Origin: Verrucomicrobiota bacterium
GTDB lineage: Bacteria; Verrucomicrobiota; Verrucomicrobiia; Limisphaerales; JBFMBT01
Length of the DNA stretch: 50,165 nt
NCBI GenBank assembly: GCA_040754875.1
Contig: JBFMBT010000002.1
Coordinates: 1 to 50,165, forward strand
Direction of reading: 5' to 3'
Position numbers and translations under genes: made by a program. Numbering within the stretch: position 1 is the stretch's first letter; every line of letters starts with the position of its first letter. The notes under the pieces were generated by a model. The model ran no database searches, had not been told where the DNA came from, and was given only the letters and a program-made list of their open reading frames with translations. Shown piece after piece: positions 33,472 through 44,259 of this stretch.

Positions 33472-33757
33472 TGCGGCTCAAACTGTTGACGCGCTTCCCC
33501 AGTCGGCAACGTCCGGACGGCACTTGGAGCTTTTCTTGTAGGAGGCCGAAAGCCCGTCCACCCATTGGCACGATACGTCGGCCATTTATTGCGGTCTATT
33601 CTGTGACCACCCCAATTGAGATGGGGCATGGCCCTTATCAATTTAGAGCGAGACTGTTGCTGAAGAATCACCGTCACGTAATGCCGCGGGCACGGATGCT
33701 GCTTTGGCCTCAGCTGGGCTGTGTTGGAACTACAAGGAACCCCTTGATTAAGAAACT

Positions 33758-33832
<75 letters not shown>

Positions 33833-33977
33833 TCCGCCAGTGGCCGATAATTAAAAAGCCCGCCGCCGCGATTGCAAGGGAAATTCTCCTCATTTCTCGG
33901 GCAGGGCGTTGCCCGACAACGACCCAAGGAAACCTTGGAGTTCAAGCTTCAGCTTGAGGCAAACTCCACGCCCCCAC

Positions 33978-36266
33978 CTAAGGAGGCGACAGTTGAATCA
34001 ACAACCCCCGCGGCTGGTCGCCCCAATTTTGATTGGCCGAAAACGTCGCATACCCGCTCTTGGTCACCGTCACGGTGTACGGCGTGAACGAGTAATTCGC
34101 CTCGGTATGCGTCTGCAAAAAGAACCTCCCATTGGAGTCGGTGGTCGTCGTCACGCCGTCCAGCGAGGTCGAAACCACCGCTCCGGCAATCGGCGCGCCG
34201 CCCGCCAGCGCCTGCACCGTCCCGCCCAGCGCCACGAACCCTTGCTGGTACCCTTCGTCCGGCTGCGGCTCGCGGATGCGATAGAATCGGCGCGACGCAT
34301 ATTGCGAATCGCCATCGTAGAAAATCAGAAACCCGCTGCTGCCCGTTCCCAGCGTTTGCACCGGCACCCAGAACGAAAGATCCTGCGACGCCTCCAGCGT
34401 GTAGGCCCAATACTTGTCCCCGTTCGCTTCGACCTGCTGCAACACATTCGGCTGCTGCGGGGACAGCGTCGCTTTGATCGCCGTGCCCGTGGTTTGAATG
34501 ATGAATTCCGTTTCTTTCCCGAACGCGAAGATGAACGACACGCCCGAGTAACTCGTGTTGTCATCCACCTTGATCTTGCCGAACAACAGCCTCACAAAAT
34601 ACTTGCGCCCAGGGGACAGCGTGTTCGCCGGAATCGTATGGGATGTCGCGTTAAAGAGAATCTCTCCGTTTTCGTCCGACTCATACACCTCCATCCCATG
34701 CTCGTTCTCGATGGCCAGACCAATGTGGTCGCCGGCGCCCAGGCCGGTCGCGTTCCAATTGATCGTTATCGGCCCCGTGTGGTCCAGCGCCTGCAAGCTC
34801 GCCAGGTTGCTCACGGTCGGATCACTGGGATAATCGTCCGCCGGTATGGTGAAATTGATGGTCTTGTTGCCATTGCGCACCGCATTGATGCCCAACGAAT
34901 AGTTGCCCGACGGGAAGAACCGGTCCAGATCCGTCTTCGAGGCATACTCCGCACTGTAGTCAAACGTGCTGCCAATATAATCATTCACTGGATATACCCC
35001 GCCCACCGGCAGAGCCAGATAGCCGCCGGTCACCGTGTTCAAGCCCGTCAAATCGCCTGTCATCTCAAACACGTAATCGCCGGTCGGCACAATGGTCGAA
35101 CTGTTCTGAAACAAGCCCTGCCCCTTGAAGATGACGATTTGCTCCACATCGTTCGCGTCGGGCGTGTTGCTGTCCGTTGTAAACTGGCCGAAATCGATCG
35201 ACAAAAAATTGCCCGCTACGTCGCGCAACACATCCGTGTTGAACATCCACTGAATCTGCGTGTTCGCCGGAAGATCCCCATTGTGTTTCGCATAGAGAAC
35301 CGTCCCATCCGGGCTCCAGGTGTAGGTAAAGGTGCTCAACCCGCTGCCTGTCCACTGGATCGCCCCGACATGCGACGACGTATTCATCGGCTCGCTGAAT
35401 TCAAACGACACGGAGGAATGCCGCGGCACGAATGACTGGTTGTAATACGGAATCGAATTGATCAGCGTCGGCGCCTCCGAATCGGTCCCACCCGTCGTGA
35501 ATATATGGAAATGCGTTTCCTTGATGTAGGCCGCCACGCCGCCGACGCCCGGATAGTCCGAGTTGAAACCGCCCGGCGCGGCCGCGACCATCAGTATCGC
35601 CTCATACCGTTTGCCGGGATCCAAGGTGCCGCCCGGAATGCTGGTGCCTGTTGACGTTCCGTTCAGGGCGCCGCCATCGCCTGGTCCTGGACTTTCATAC
35701 ACCGAATTCCCGTTTTCGTCCTCAATCGTCAACTGCACAAAATCGCTGAGCGTCCCCCCGAGGGATTCCCAGGACAAATTCAGCGCGTTGTTCGCATTGT
35801 GCGCTTGGGCGGCGTTGTAGCTGGCCGCCGTCAACCGCGGCACCGCGCGATAGGTATCCCCGGCGAAACCGCTAAACGTCGCCACCACCGTGCCGTCATT
35901 CACCGTCTGCATCGTCAGCACGTACGTGCCATCGGCAAAATCCGTGTTCAGACCCAGGAGATTGTCATACTCCCTCTCGAAAAACCGGTTGAACCCATCA
36001 CTCTCCAGCATCAGCGTCACATTGGTGCCGTTCGGCGCCGCCAGCGTCGCGCTGGTCACCGAGTTGCTGAAGGTCAGGTCCACAAACACCTGCATCTGGA
36101 TCCCCCCTTCCTGCAAGCGCACCACGTCCGGGTTGTCCTGATCAAATCGCTGGGCCTTGATGACGCCAAAAAACTCGACGTCGCGCGGCGTTGCTCCGCC
36201 CATGGCGAGGGTGGCGCTCAAGCCAAGGGCGCAAAAGGACCGGATAAGAGAACGGGATGTACTCAT
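33978..36266 (-). CDS. Large secreted protein built from duplicated beta-sandwich modules, an SbsA-Ig-like domain and a C-terminal carboxypeptidase-regulatory-like domain
   Basis: I trimmed to ATG 36266 (MSTSRSLIRSFCALGLSATLAMG signal peptide). The internal duplication is LNLSWESLGG..LTIEDENGNSVYES..IPGGTLDPGKRYEA versus ITINWNATGLG..LAIENEHGMEVYES..IPANTLSPGRKYFV. FSEPM marks the Ig-like motif. The CarboxypepD_reg-like segment is ..GAVVSTSLDGVTTTTDSNGRFFL. Confidence 0.7.
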   Translation of the reverse strand: MSTSRSLIRSFCALGLSATLAMGGATPRDVEFFGVIKAQRFDQDNPDVVRLQEGGIQMQVFVDLTFSNSVTSATLAAPNGTNVTLMLESDGFNRFFEREYDNLLGLNTDFADGTYVLTMQTVNDGTVVATFSGFAGDTYRAVPRLTAASYNAAQAHNANNALNLSWESLGGTLSDFVQLTIEDENGNSVYESPGPGDGGALNGTSTGTSIPGGTLDPGKRYEAILMVAAAPGGFNSDYPGVGGVAAYIKETHFHIFTTGGTDSEAPTLINSIPYYNQSFVPRHSSVSFEFSEPMNTSSHVGAIQWTGSGLSTFTYTWSPDGTVLYAKHNGDLPANTQIQWMFNTDVLRDVAGNFLSIDFGQFTTDSNTPDANDVEQIVIFKGQGLFQNSSTIVPTGDYVFEMTGDLTGLNTVTGGYLALPVGGVYPVNDYIGSTFDYSAEYASKTDLDRFFPSGNYSLGINAVRNGNKTINFTIPADDYPSDPTVSNLASLQALDHTGPITINWNATGLGAGDHIGLAIENEHGMEVYESDENGEILFNATSHTIPANTLSPGRKYFVRLLFGKIKVDDNTSYSGVSFIFAFGKETEFIIQTTGTAIKATLSPQQPNVLQQVEANGDKYWAYTLEASQDLSFWVPVQTLGTGSSGFLIFYDGDSQYASRRFYRIREPQPDEGYQQGFVALGGTVQALAGGAPIAGAVVSTSLDGVTTTTDSNGRFFLQTHTEANYSFTPYTVTVTKSGYATFSANQNWGDQPRGLLIQLSPP

Positions 36267-36374
36267 AGGAAGGCGTTGCACGTGCTGGTTACGGTTACGG
36301 CGTACTCTGGTAGCTTCATACCAAATCTCCCTGAAAAAACAAGAATCTTCTGGTCGATGGCGCCACTTTGCCAA

Positions 36375-37469
36375 TTTCCGCGCAGTGTCCTACAAAGCGG
36401 GTTCGTGATACGTGATGCGTGATGCGTTCGAGGGGGAACGGGGGTGGGTGGTTTTGGGAGTCTGGTTGCAGGGCGGCGTGGGCACGGAGTATGGAGTTTT
36501 GGAGTGGTGGAGTGATGGCGGCGGGGCGTGAAGGCGTGATGCGTTGGTTGCGACACCGCCCAATTGAGAACGGTCCCCCCTCCCCCCCCGATAGCCTCGA
36601 ATAAGGTCGAATAGCCTCGAAAGTCGTGCGCGGGAATATTTTTGCATGGGGCAGATGTGGATTTACGTGGATTTGGGTGGACCATGGCGGAGTTCAAGGT
36701 TCCGAGTTCGGTTCAAGGTTGGAATTTTTTTTCCGAATTGGCGCGAGGCGGAAAGGGGCGGCATCCGTGTGGGGCGGTGATAAGCGGGGTTCATGGTGGG
36801 TTGAGGGGTTAAATTTTTTGTTCTTTTCTCAAGGTCCTCGCCATGAGGGGGCGCGATGGGTGTACGCGAGGGGGCGCGGACGGAAGGCGGCGGGCCGGTC
36901 CGTTCTGGACGGTGGCGCTCCCTGGCGCATGGGAGTAGTGTGCCATGGAGTGATAGATGTGTCAAGTGGCGATCTGATCTCCCGCAGATTCAGAAAACCG
37001 CCGATGGGAAGCCGACCAGCAAGCGAATGGGGGCAAACGAATGGGGAGCGGCAAATGACGAAGCAGGCCGAAGGGGGCGAGGGAAACCGCTAATGAACGG
37101 ATAAACGCTAATCCGGGAATGCCTCACGCAAAGGCCGCGGAGGGCGTAAAGGGAGCAGACAGAAAAATTGGGGACGAAAAGGTAAGGAGGCGATGCTTTC
37201 CAGCGAATGGGATATGGCTTTCAAGCGACTGCTGATGAGCGGATGGGAAACCAGTGTTCAGTAAAAACAATTCGCGATAATCCGCGAAATTCGCGTCTCC
37301 CATTCGATTGACCTCATTCGCTTGATTTCGGTTCTGGTTGACCTCGGGTGTGAGGCCGCCGCTTGCTCCAAGGAACCGAAGACCGAAATCAATCGAATGG
37401 GGACAAACGAATGAGGGAAGGGGGAAACAAGGGAAACTTCAAATTTCAATCATGACGCGTTGGCCGTTT
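36375..37469. repeat. 1.1-kb ORF-free, strongly G-over-C skewed (plus strand) patchwork of short repeat families
   Basis: No credible ORF on either strand. Units seen: GTGATACGTGATGCGTGATGCGT; ATAGCCTCGAA x2; GTTCAAGGTT x2; CGAATGGGG(A/C)AAACGAATG(G/A)GG at ~37020 and ~37393, plus an inverted partial copy at ~37300; AATTCGCGATAATCCGCGAAATTCGCG. Confidence 0.6.
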
Positions 37470-38096
37470 TCATTTTGCCGCGGCCAGGCGCAGGCCCAAA
37501 ACGACAAAGAGCGCGCCCGCCATCCGGTTGAGCGCGGTTGAAAAGGATGGGTTGCCCCGCAAACGGTTGCCGAGCAACGCCGCGAACCAGGCGAGGCACA
37601 GGCACCAGAGCGTGCCGGTGACCACAAAGCAAAGCCCCAGCGTGATGAACGCGGCGAACTTCGACGGACTGTCCGCCGCGATGAACTGCGGCATGAAGGC
37701 GAGAAAAAAGAGCGCCACCTTCGGGTTGAGAACGTTGGTCAGCAGTCCCTGCCGGAAAACCGCGCGAAAGCCCGAGGTGGTGAAAGTCGCCGGAATCGCC
37801 GTGGCGGAAGCGCGGGTGAGCAGCAGGCGCGCGCCGAGATAGATCAGATATGCCGCCGCCGCGAGTTTCACGGCCAGAAATGCCGTGGCGGACGTGGCGA
37901 TGATCGCCGAAAGCCCCAACGCCGCCGCGAACGTGTGGACGAGCGTGCCGGCGCCAATGCCCAGGGCCGACGCGATGCCCGCGCTACGACCCTGCGCCAA
38001 GCTCCGCCCGAGGATGTAAAAGGTGTCCGGCCCGGGCGTGAGGTTGAGCAGAATGCCCGCCACGAGGAAAACCCCGAAATCATGAATGCCAAACAT
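37470..38096 (-). CDS. LysE/RhtB-family amino-acid exporter
   Basis: 208 aa with six hydrophobic segments. The N-terminus is typical (..FLVAGILLNLTPGPDTFYILGRSLAQGRSAG). Confidence 0.85.
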   Translation of the reverse strand: MFGIHDFGVFLVAGILLNLTPGPDTFYILGRSLAQGRSAGIASALGIGAGTLVHTFAAALGLSAIIATSATAFLAVKLAAAAYLIYLGARLLLTRASATAIPATFTTSGFRAVFRQGLLTNVLNPKVALFFLAFMPQFIAADSPSKFAAFITLGLCFVVTGTLWCLCLAWFAALLGNRLRGNPSFSTALNRMAGALFVVLGLRLAAAK

Positions 38097-38144
38097 GGGA
38101 GTTAGGCGCTAAAACACGTGACGATTCAATGGCGAGGGTTGAGG

Positions 38145-38444
38145 TCAGGTGTTCGACGTTGTAATAACATACCTCTGCATTGCCTGCTGCTGTGCAATCT
38201 CGGCGAGGCGAGCGGGTCCACCGCCGTGCATCTCACTTCGAGGGTAAGTAAGTTCCCAGTAGCGTCCGTCCATCGGGTCGCGAAATAAAACCGACCAGCC
38301 GCCATCTGCCGTGCCAACTCGCTGAAGGTGCTGCGATACGAGCTGCTGAATCCTCGACTGCGTGGCCGAGTCCCACTGGCCTGCTGCCGTGAATCCATAA
38401 AGCTCATGCTCCTCGGGGAGTAAACGCATGATACCACTTAACAT
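38145..38444 (-). CDS. Imm27-like polymorphic-toxin immunity protein (orphan)
   Basis: 99 aa. GGWSVLFRDPMDGRYWELTYPRSEMHGGGPARL matches my memory of the Imm27 signature (W..L.RDP.DGR.WEL.YP.SE.HGGGPP.L). An alternative start is at 38429. Confidence 0.55.
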   Translation of the reverse strand: MLSGIMRLLPEEHELYGFTAAGQWDSATQSRIQQLVSQHLQRVGTADGGWSVLFRDPMDGRYWELTYPRSEMHGGGPARLAEIAQQQAMQRYVITTSNT

Positions 38445-38602
38445 TTAATTCAACGACGGCGTGTCGTCATAACGAACGCAGTATGCCCCCCGCTATTCCT
38501 TTGTCCAACTCTATACCCCACCCCGCCCCAAGCCCGCGATCCAGCTCCGGGTCGCGGATTACAACCGTGGCGCGATGGCTGGGCGATGTAGCGGGTTAGG
38601 CG

Positions 38603-38893
38603 TCATGATTCTAATTTCTTCAATATTTCGTCCAACTGTGACTTGGCGTGGGGGTAAGTGTAATACCGCCCACGCGCTGGTGTCACTGCTTCATAAATTA
38701 ACTCCGGTTGTCGCAGGATGGCCTCCGCCGATAAATCAAAGCGAAATCTCGTGTACGCAGAACGGTCAGAGCCGTCGCCTAAATCCTTCCACGCCCTCGG
38801 CCACTCGCCGCGATGCGTGGCAACATAGGCGTCAAGATCGCGAATAATTCTTGCAGGGTACGGTATGACCCTCGTCCTTTCATTGGGCGCAAT
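38603..38893 (-). pseudogene. Start-less 96-codon ORF remnant of unknown function
   Basis: The frame is open from the TAA at 38894-38896 to the TGA at 38603-38605 and has no in-frame ATG/GTG/TTG near the 5' end. Translation: IAPNERTRVIPYPARIIRDLDAYVATHRGEWPRAWKDLGDGSDRSAYTRFRFDLSAEAILRQPELIYEAVTPARGRYYTYPHAKSQLDEILKKLES. Lower GC than the surroundings. Not in the ORF track. Confidence 0.4.
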
Positions 38894-38941
38894 TTAAAGC
38901 ATCGGCGGCGTGGATTCAAGCGTGCGAATGAACCGCTCGTT

Positions 38942-38974
38942 CGACAATCAGCGCCTCGTCACCTCGGCTGCTAC
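38942..38974. repeat. 33-bp repeat CGACAATCAGCGCCTCGTCACCTCGGCTGCTAC (left copy of an inverted pair)
   Basis: Its reverse complement recurs at 41401-41433 with 31/33 identity. Confidence 0.85.
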
Positions 38975-39157
38975 GAGATTCACGGGGATAACGAACCCCT
39001 CTCCCCCTCGTTCCTCCGGGGAGGGAAACGTACGCGATGCGTCTGAAATAATGATGCGTTGGGATTCGCCAGGCGCAACAAAGCGCCATCGGACTGGCGC
39101 ACTCCAAGACGCTGGCGCGCCCGCCATGTGCCCGGACGTTGCCAGCGGCTTGAATTT

Positions 39158-39182
39158 CGAGAACGAGGACGATGAGACGACG
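39158..39182. repeat. (GAGGAC)n-type hexamer tract
   Basis: CGAGAACGAGGACGATGAGACGACG on the plus strand, just 3' of the gene that ends at 39191. Confidence 0.7.
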
Positions 39183-39190
39183 AAAGAGCT

Positions 39191-41332
39191 TTAAAATCCA
39201 CCCACCCACACGGGCTGCGTGTACGCGCCGTTCACGGCCACGTCCCACGCTTCGAAACGCACCCATTTCCGGCCCTGCAAATCCACGGGCACGCGCAGTT
39301 CGCGCTTCCCGAAGGGCCCGGTGTCGGCCAGGTCAATCCGTTGCCGGTACACGGCGTCGCCGTCGCCGGAAATGATCTCCGCAAACCTCAGCGGGAATGT
39401 CCATTCCAGGTCCACCCGCACCTCGGATTTCCCATCCGCCCCCAAGCGCAGTTCCTCGCCGCTCCGTTTTCCGCCCACGCGAAAATCCTTGATCAGCACC
39501 TCGCCGGTGGTCGTGAAAAACGCGCCGCCACGCAGCGCGTCCAGGATGGGCTGCCACCCTTCGTCATACCGGGGCAGGCGCGCCAGCCGCAGATAATTGA
39601 TGTTCATGTGGCTGTAGAGTTCGTGCGTGTGGTCGATCTTGAACGTGTCCACCTCGCCCGGCGCGTACTTGCGCGGGCCCCAGTTGGCCATGTCATTCAG
39701 CAAATCCAGCACGCGCTCGCCCAGCCGTTCGCGCGACAGATCCGACGGCATCGATTTCCACGCGCCGCCCAGCCAGAAATCCGCCCGGTAAAAATCTTCG
39801 TTCCGAAAGATGTCCGGCGTCCAGCTCGACGCCTTGATGCGCGGGTGCGCCGACCACGCCAGGCCCCGCTCGCGCTGCAACAATTCCATCATGTCTTCGC
39901 GGCTGCCCACGCGATACACGGTGCCGTATTTTGGATGCGTCTCCGCCAGCGGTTCACCCGCCTTGCGTTGCATGACCCAATACACCGGCTTCGGAAACAG
40001 GCTCATCCAATGCCCCGGATGCTTGCCCGGTTCCTTCAACCCCAGGAAATCGTTCACTTCCTCGCCCGGAATCAGCAGCAGTTCGGCATCCGACAACCGC
40101 CGGCATTCCGCGAACATCGTGTCCAGCTCCGGCAGCCGCAGCGGGCCCGAATCGCGCTGATGCCCGTCTCCGTGGAACTCGCCCAGATGCACCGCATTCA
40201 CGCCCATTCCCTTGAACGCGGCGACAAACTCCGGCACGGGCACGGGCTTGCCCTCCGCCAGAAACTTCATCGCCCACACCGTGTGCGCCAGGTGATAATG
40301 GCTCGTGAAGGTCTTGTGCCCCGCCAGTTCCGGAAAGCGGTCGCCATGCGTGTAACGCAACGTCTCCTTCAGCGCCTCCTCCGCCCGGCCCCGGCTCAAC
40401 AGGAAAAACATCCCCAGCCGCTGTTGCGTCCCGGGCGGCGCGTTGAACCACGGAATGAATTTCCCGCCCGTGGGCGATTGCCGCATGCCGAAGCCCATCG
40501 GCGTGGCCAACGGCTCCTCGCGCTTGCCGAACCAGACGAACTTCAAATTGTCCGTCTCATCGCGCGGAAACTGGAATGCATGCGGCGGTGGAAACGCCGC
40601 CACCGACCCGCCCTCGCCCTCTGCAATGATCGTCCGATACCGCACCGCCACCGGCTGGTACGCCGTGTCGGCCGGCCGGCGCTGCCAGCGCCCCTCGGTG
40701 TCCATCCACACCACGTTCTTCCAGCCGCCGTTGGCGCTCGTCCACCCCGCTTCATACACAATCGCCCGCCGATCCTCGCTGGTGGACACCACCGCTTCCA
40801 GGTGCACCAGCCGGCTCCCCGCATAAAAATGCAACTGGAGTTCCCCTGCGAATCCGCCTGCCTTCACCGGGCCCACCGCGACCGTCGCCCGCCTGCCCGC
40901 GCTGCTCACCTTCACGCGCGCCAGCTTCAACTCCGCGCGATGCGTCTGGTAGGGCCGGTCCGGCACCTTGTCGAAAAACACATTCCAGATGCTCATCTCC
41001 GGCGGCCGCCCGGGAGGCGCGCGCCGCGTGCCCACGCTCAACACCGCCAGCGGCTCCACGTCCCGCAACAACTCCGTCACCGCCGTTCCCGTCACAATCT
41101 CCATCCGCCGCACGAGTGGCGCGCCGGATACCAGCGACAATACCGCCCGCCCTTGTTCCCCGCGCTCCATCGGCCAGGCCACCACCAATCCATCCCCTTC
41201 CCGCCGGACTTCCACGCCACACGATTCGGAATACGCCGACACCTCCGGCTCCACCACCTGCGCCGCCAAGTCCGGGGGAAAATGCACCAGCCACGCGCAC
41301 ACGCCAACCAGCCACCAATGCCGGGTCTTCAT
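39191..41332 (-). CDS. Secreted hypothetical protein; C-terminal half possibly a PHP/CehA-like metallohydrolase fold
   Basis: 713 aa with signal peptide MKTRHWWLVGVCAWLVHFPPDLAAQ. His-rich motifs include FTSHYHLAHT, VNAVHLGEFHGDGH, LLIPGEEVND and AWSAHPRIK. The functional call is weak. Confidence 0.45.
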   Translation of the reverse strand: MKTRHWWLVGVCAWLVHFPPDLAAQVVEPEVSAYSESCGVEVRREGDGLVVAWPMERGEQGRAVLSLVSGAPLVRRMEIVTGTAVTELLRDVEPLAVLSVGTRRAPPGRPPEMSIWNVFFDKVPDRPYQTHRAELKLARVKVSSAGRRATVAVGPVKAGGFAGELQLHFYAGSRLVHLEAVVSTSEDRRAIVYEAGWTSANGGWKNVVWMDTEGRWQRRPADTAYQPVAVRYRTIIAEGEGGSVAAFPPPHAFQFPRDETDNLKFVWFGKREEPLATPMGFGMRQSPTGGKFIPWFNAPPGTQQRLGMFFLLSRGRAEEALKETLRYTHGDRFPELAGHKTFTSHYHLAHTVWAMKFLAEGKPVPVPEFVAAFKGMGVNAVHLGEFHGDGHQRDSGPLRLPELDTMFAECRRLSDAELLLIPGEEVNDFLGLKEPGKHPGHWMSLFPKPVYWVMQRKAGEPLAETHPKYGTVYRVGSREDMMELLQRERGLAWSAHPRIKASSWTPDIFRNEDFYRADFWLGGAWKSMPSDLSRERLGERVLDLLNDMANWGPRKYAPGEVDTFKIDHTHELYSHMNINYLRLARLPRYDEGWQPILDALRGGAFFTTTGEVLIKDFRVGGKRSGEELRLGADGKSEVRVDLEWTFPLRFAEIISGDGDAVYRQRIDLADTGPFGKRELRVPVDLQGRKWVRFEAWDVAVNGAYTQPVWVGGF

Positions 41333-41400
41333 GGAATTCTTGCATCCTACCTGCCGCGCACTCTCCTGTCACGCCCCGCCTGTTTCACACTCCTCCCCAT

Positions 41401-41433
41401 GTAGCAGCCGAGGTGACGAGGTTCTGATTGTCG
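41401..41433. repeat. 33-bp repeat GTAGCAGCCGAGGTGACGAGGTTCTGATTGTCG (right, inverted copy)
   Basis: It is the reverse complement of 38942-38974 apart from 2 adjacent mismatches. Confidence 0.85.
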
Positions 41434-41554
41434 CACCACCCACGACTGCATTCTCCAACGCACCTGCGAACACCCAACGCGCCCTGCTTCGCTGCTCCGA
41501 GGGGCCAGGTGAGGGCGAGCCCCTTTCTTACTTTCCCCCTTTTCCACCCGGGTT

Positions 41555-44254
<2,700 letters not shown>

Positions 44255-44259
44255 CACCG

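Noticed and set aside
33840-33977. A Rho-independent terminator after the large secreted-protein gene, and another after the tRNA.
   Set aside because: Only short stems are present (CGGGCA-N6-TGCCCG at ~33898-33915, and CAAGG-GGTT-CCTTG just 3' of the tRNA at ~33738-33751). Neither has a following U-tract on the sense strand, so neither is convincing.
33978-36266. A PEP-CTERM or other C-terminal sorting signal on the large secreted proteins (33978..36266, 30068..31786, 39191..41332), which would tie the locus to an exosortase.
   Set aside because: None of the C-termini shows a P-E-P motif followed by a hydrophobic helix and a basic tail. They end ..LLIQLSPP, ..FYRLRPQQ and ..QPVWVGGF.
36375-37469. 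A structured housekeeping RNA (RNase P RNA, tmRNA, 6S, SRP or an rRNA fragment) in the 1.1-kb ORF-free region.
   Set aside because: I could not find any of the conserved cores I know, such as the GGAAAGTCCGGGC-type RNase P CR-I or a tmRNA tRNA-like end with a tag ORF. The sequence decomposes into short repeat units instead. I could not run a covariance-model scan, so an unknown ncRNA is not excluded.
38126-38437. A 103-aa alternative-frame ORF overlapping the Imm27-like ORF.
   Set aside because: It is on the same strand in a different frame, its translation is Ser/Arg-rich and it has no motif. The 38145..38444 frame carries the recognisable immunity-protein signature.
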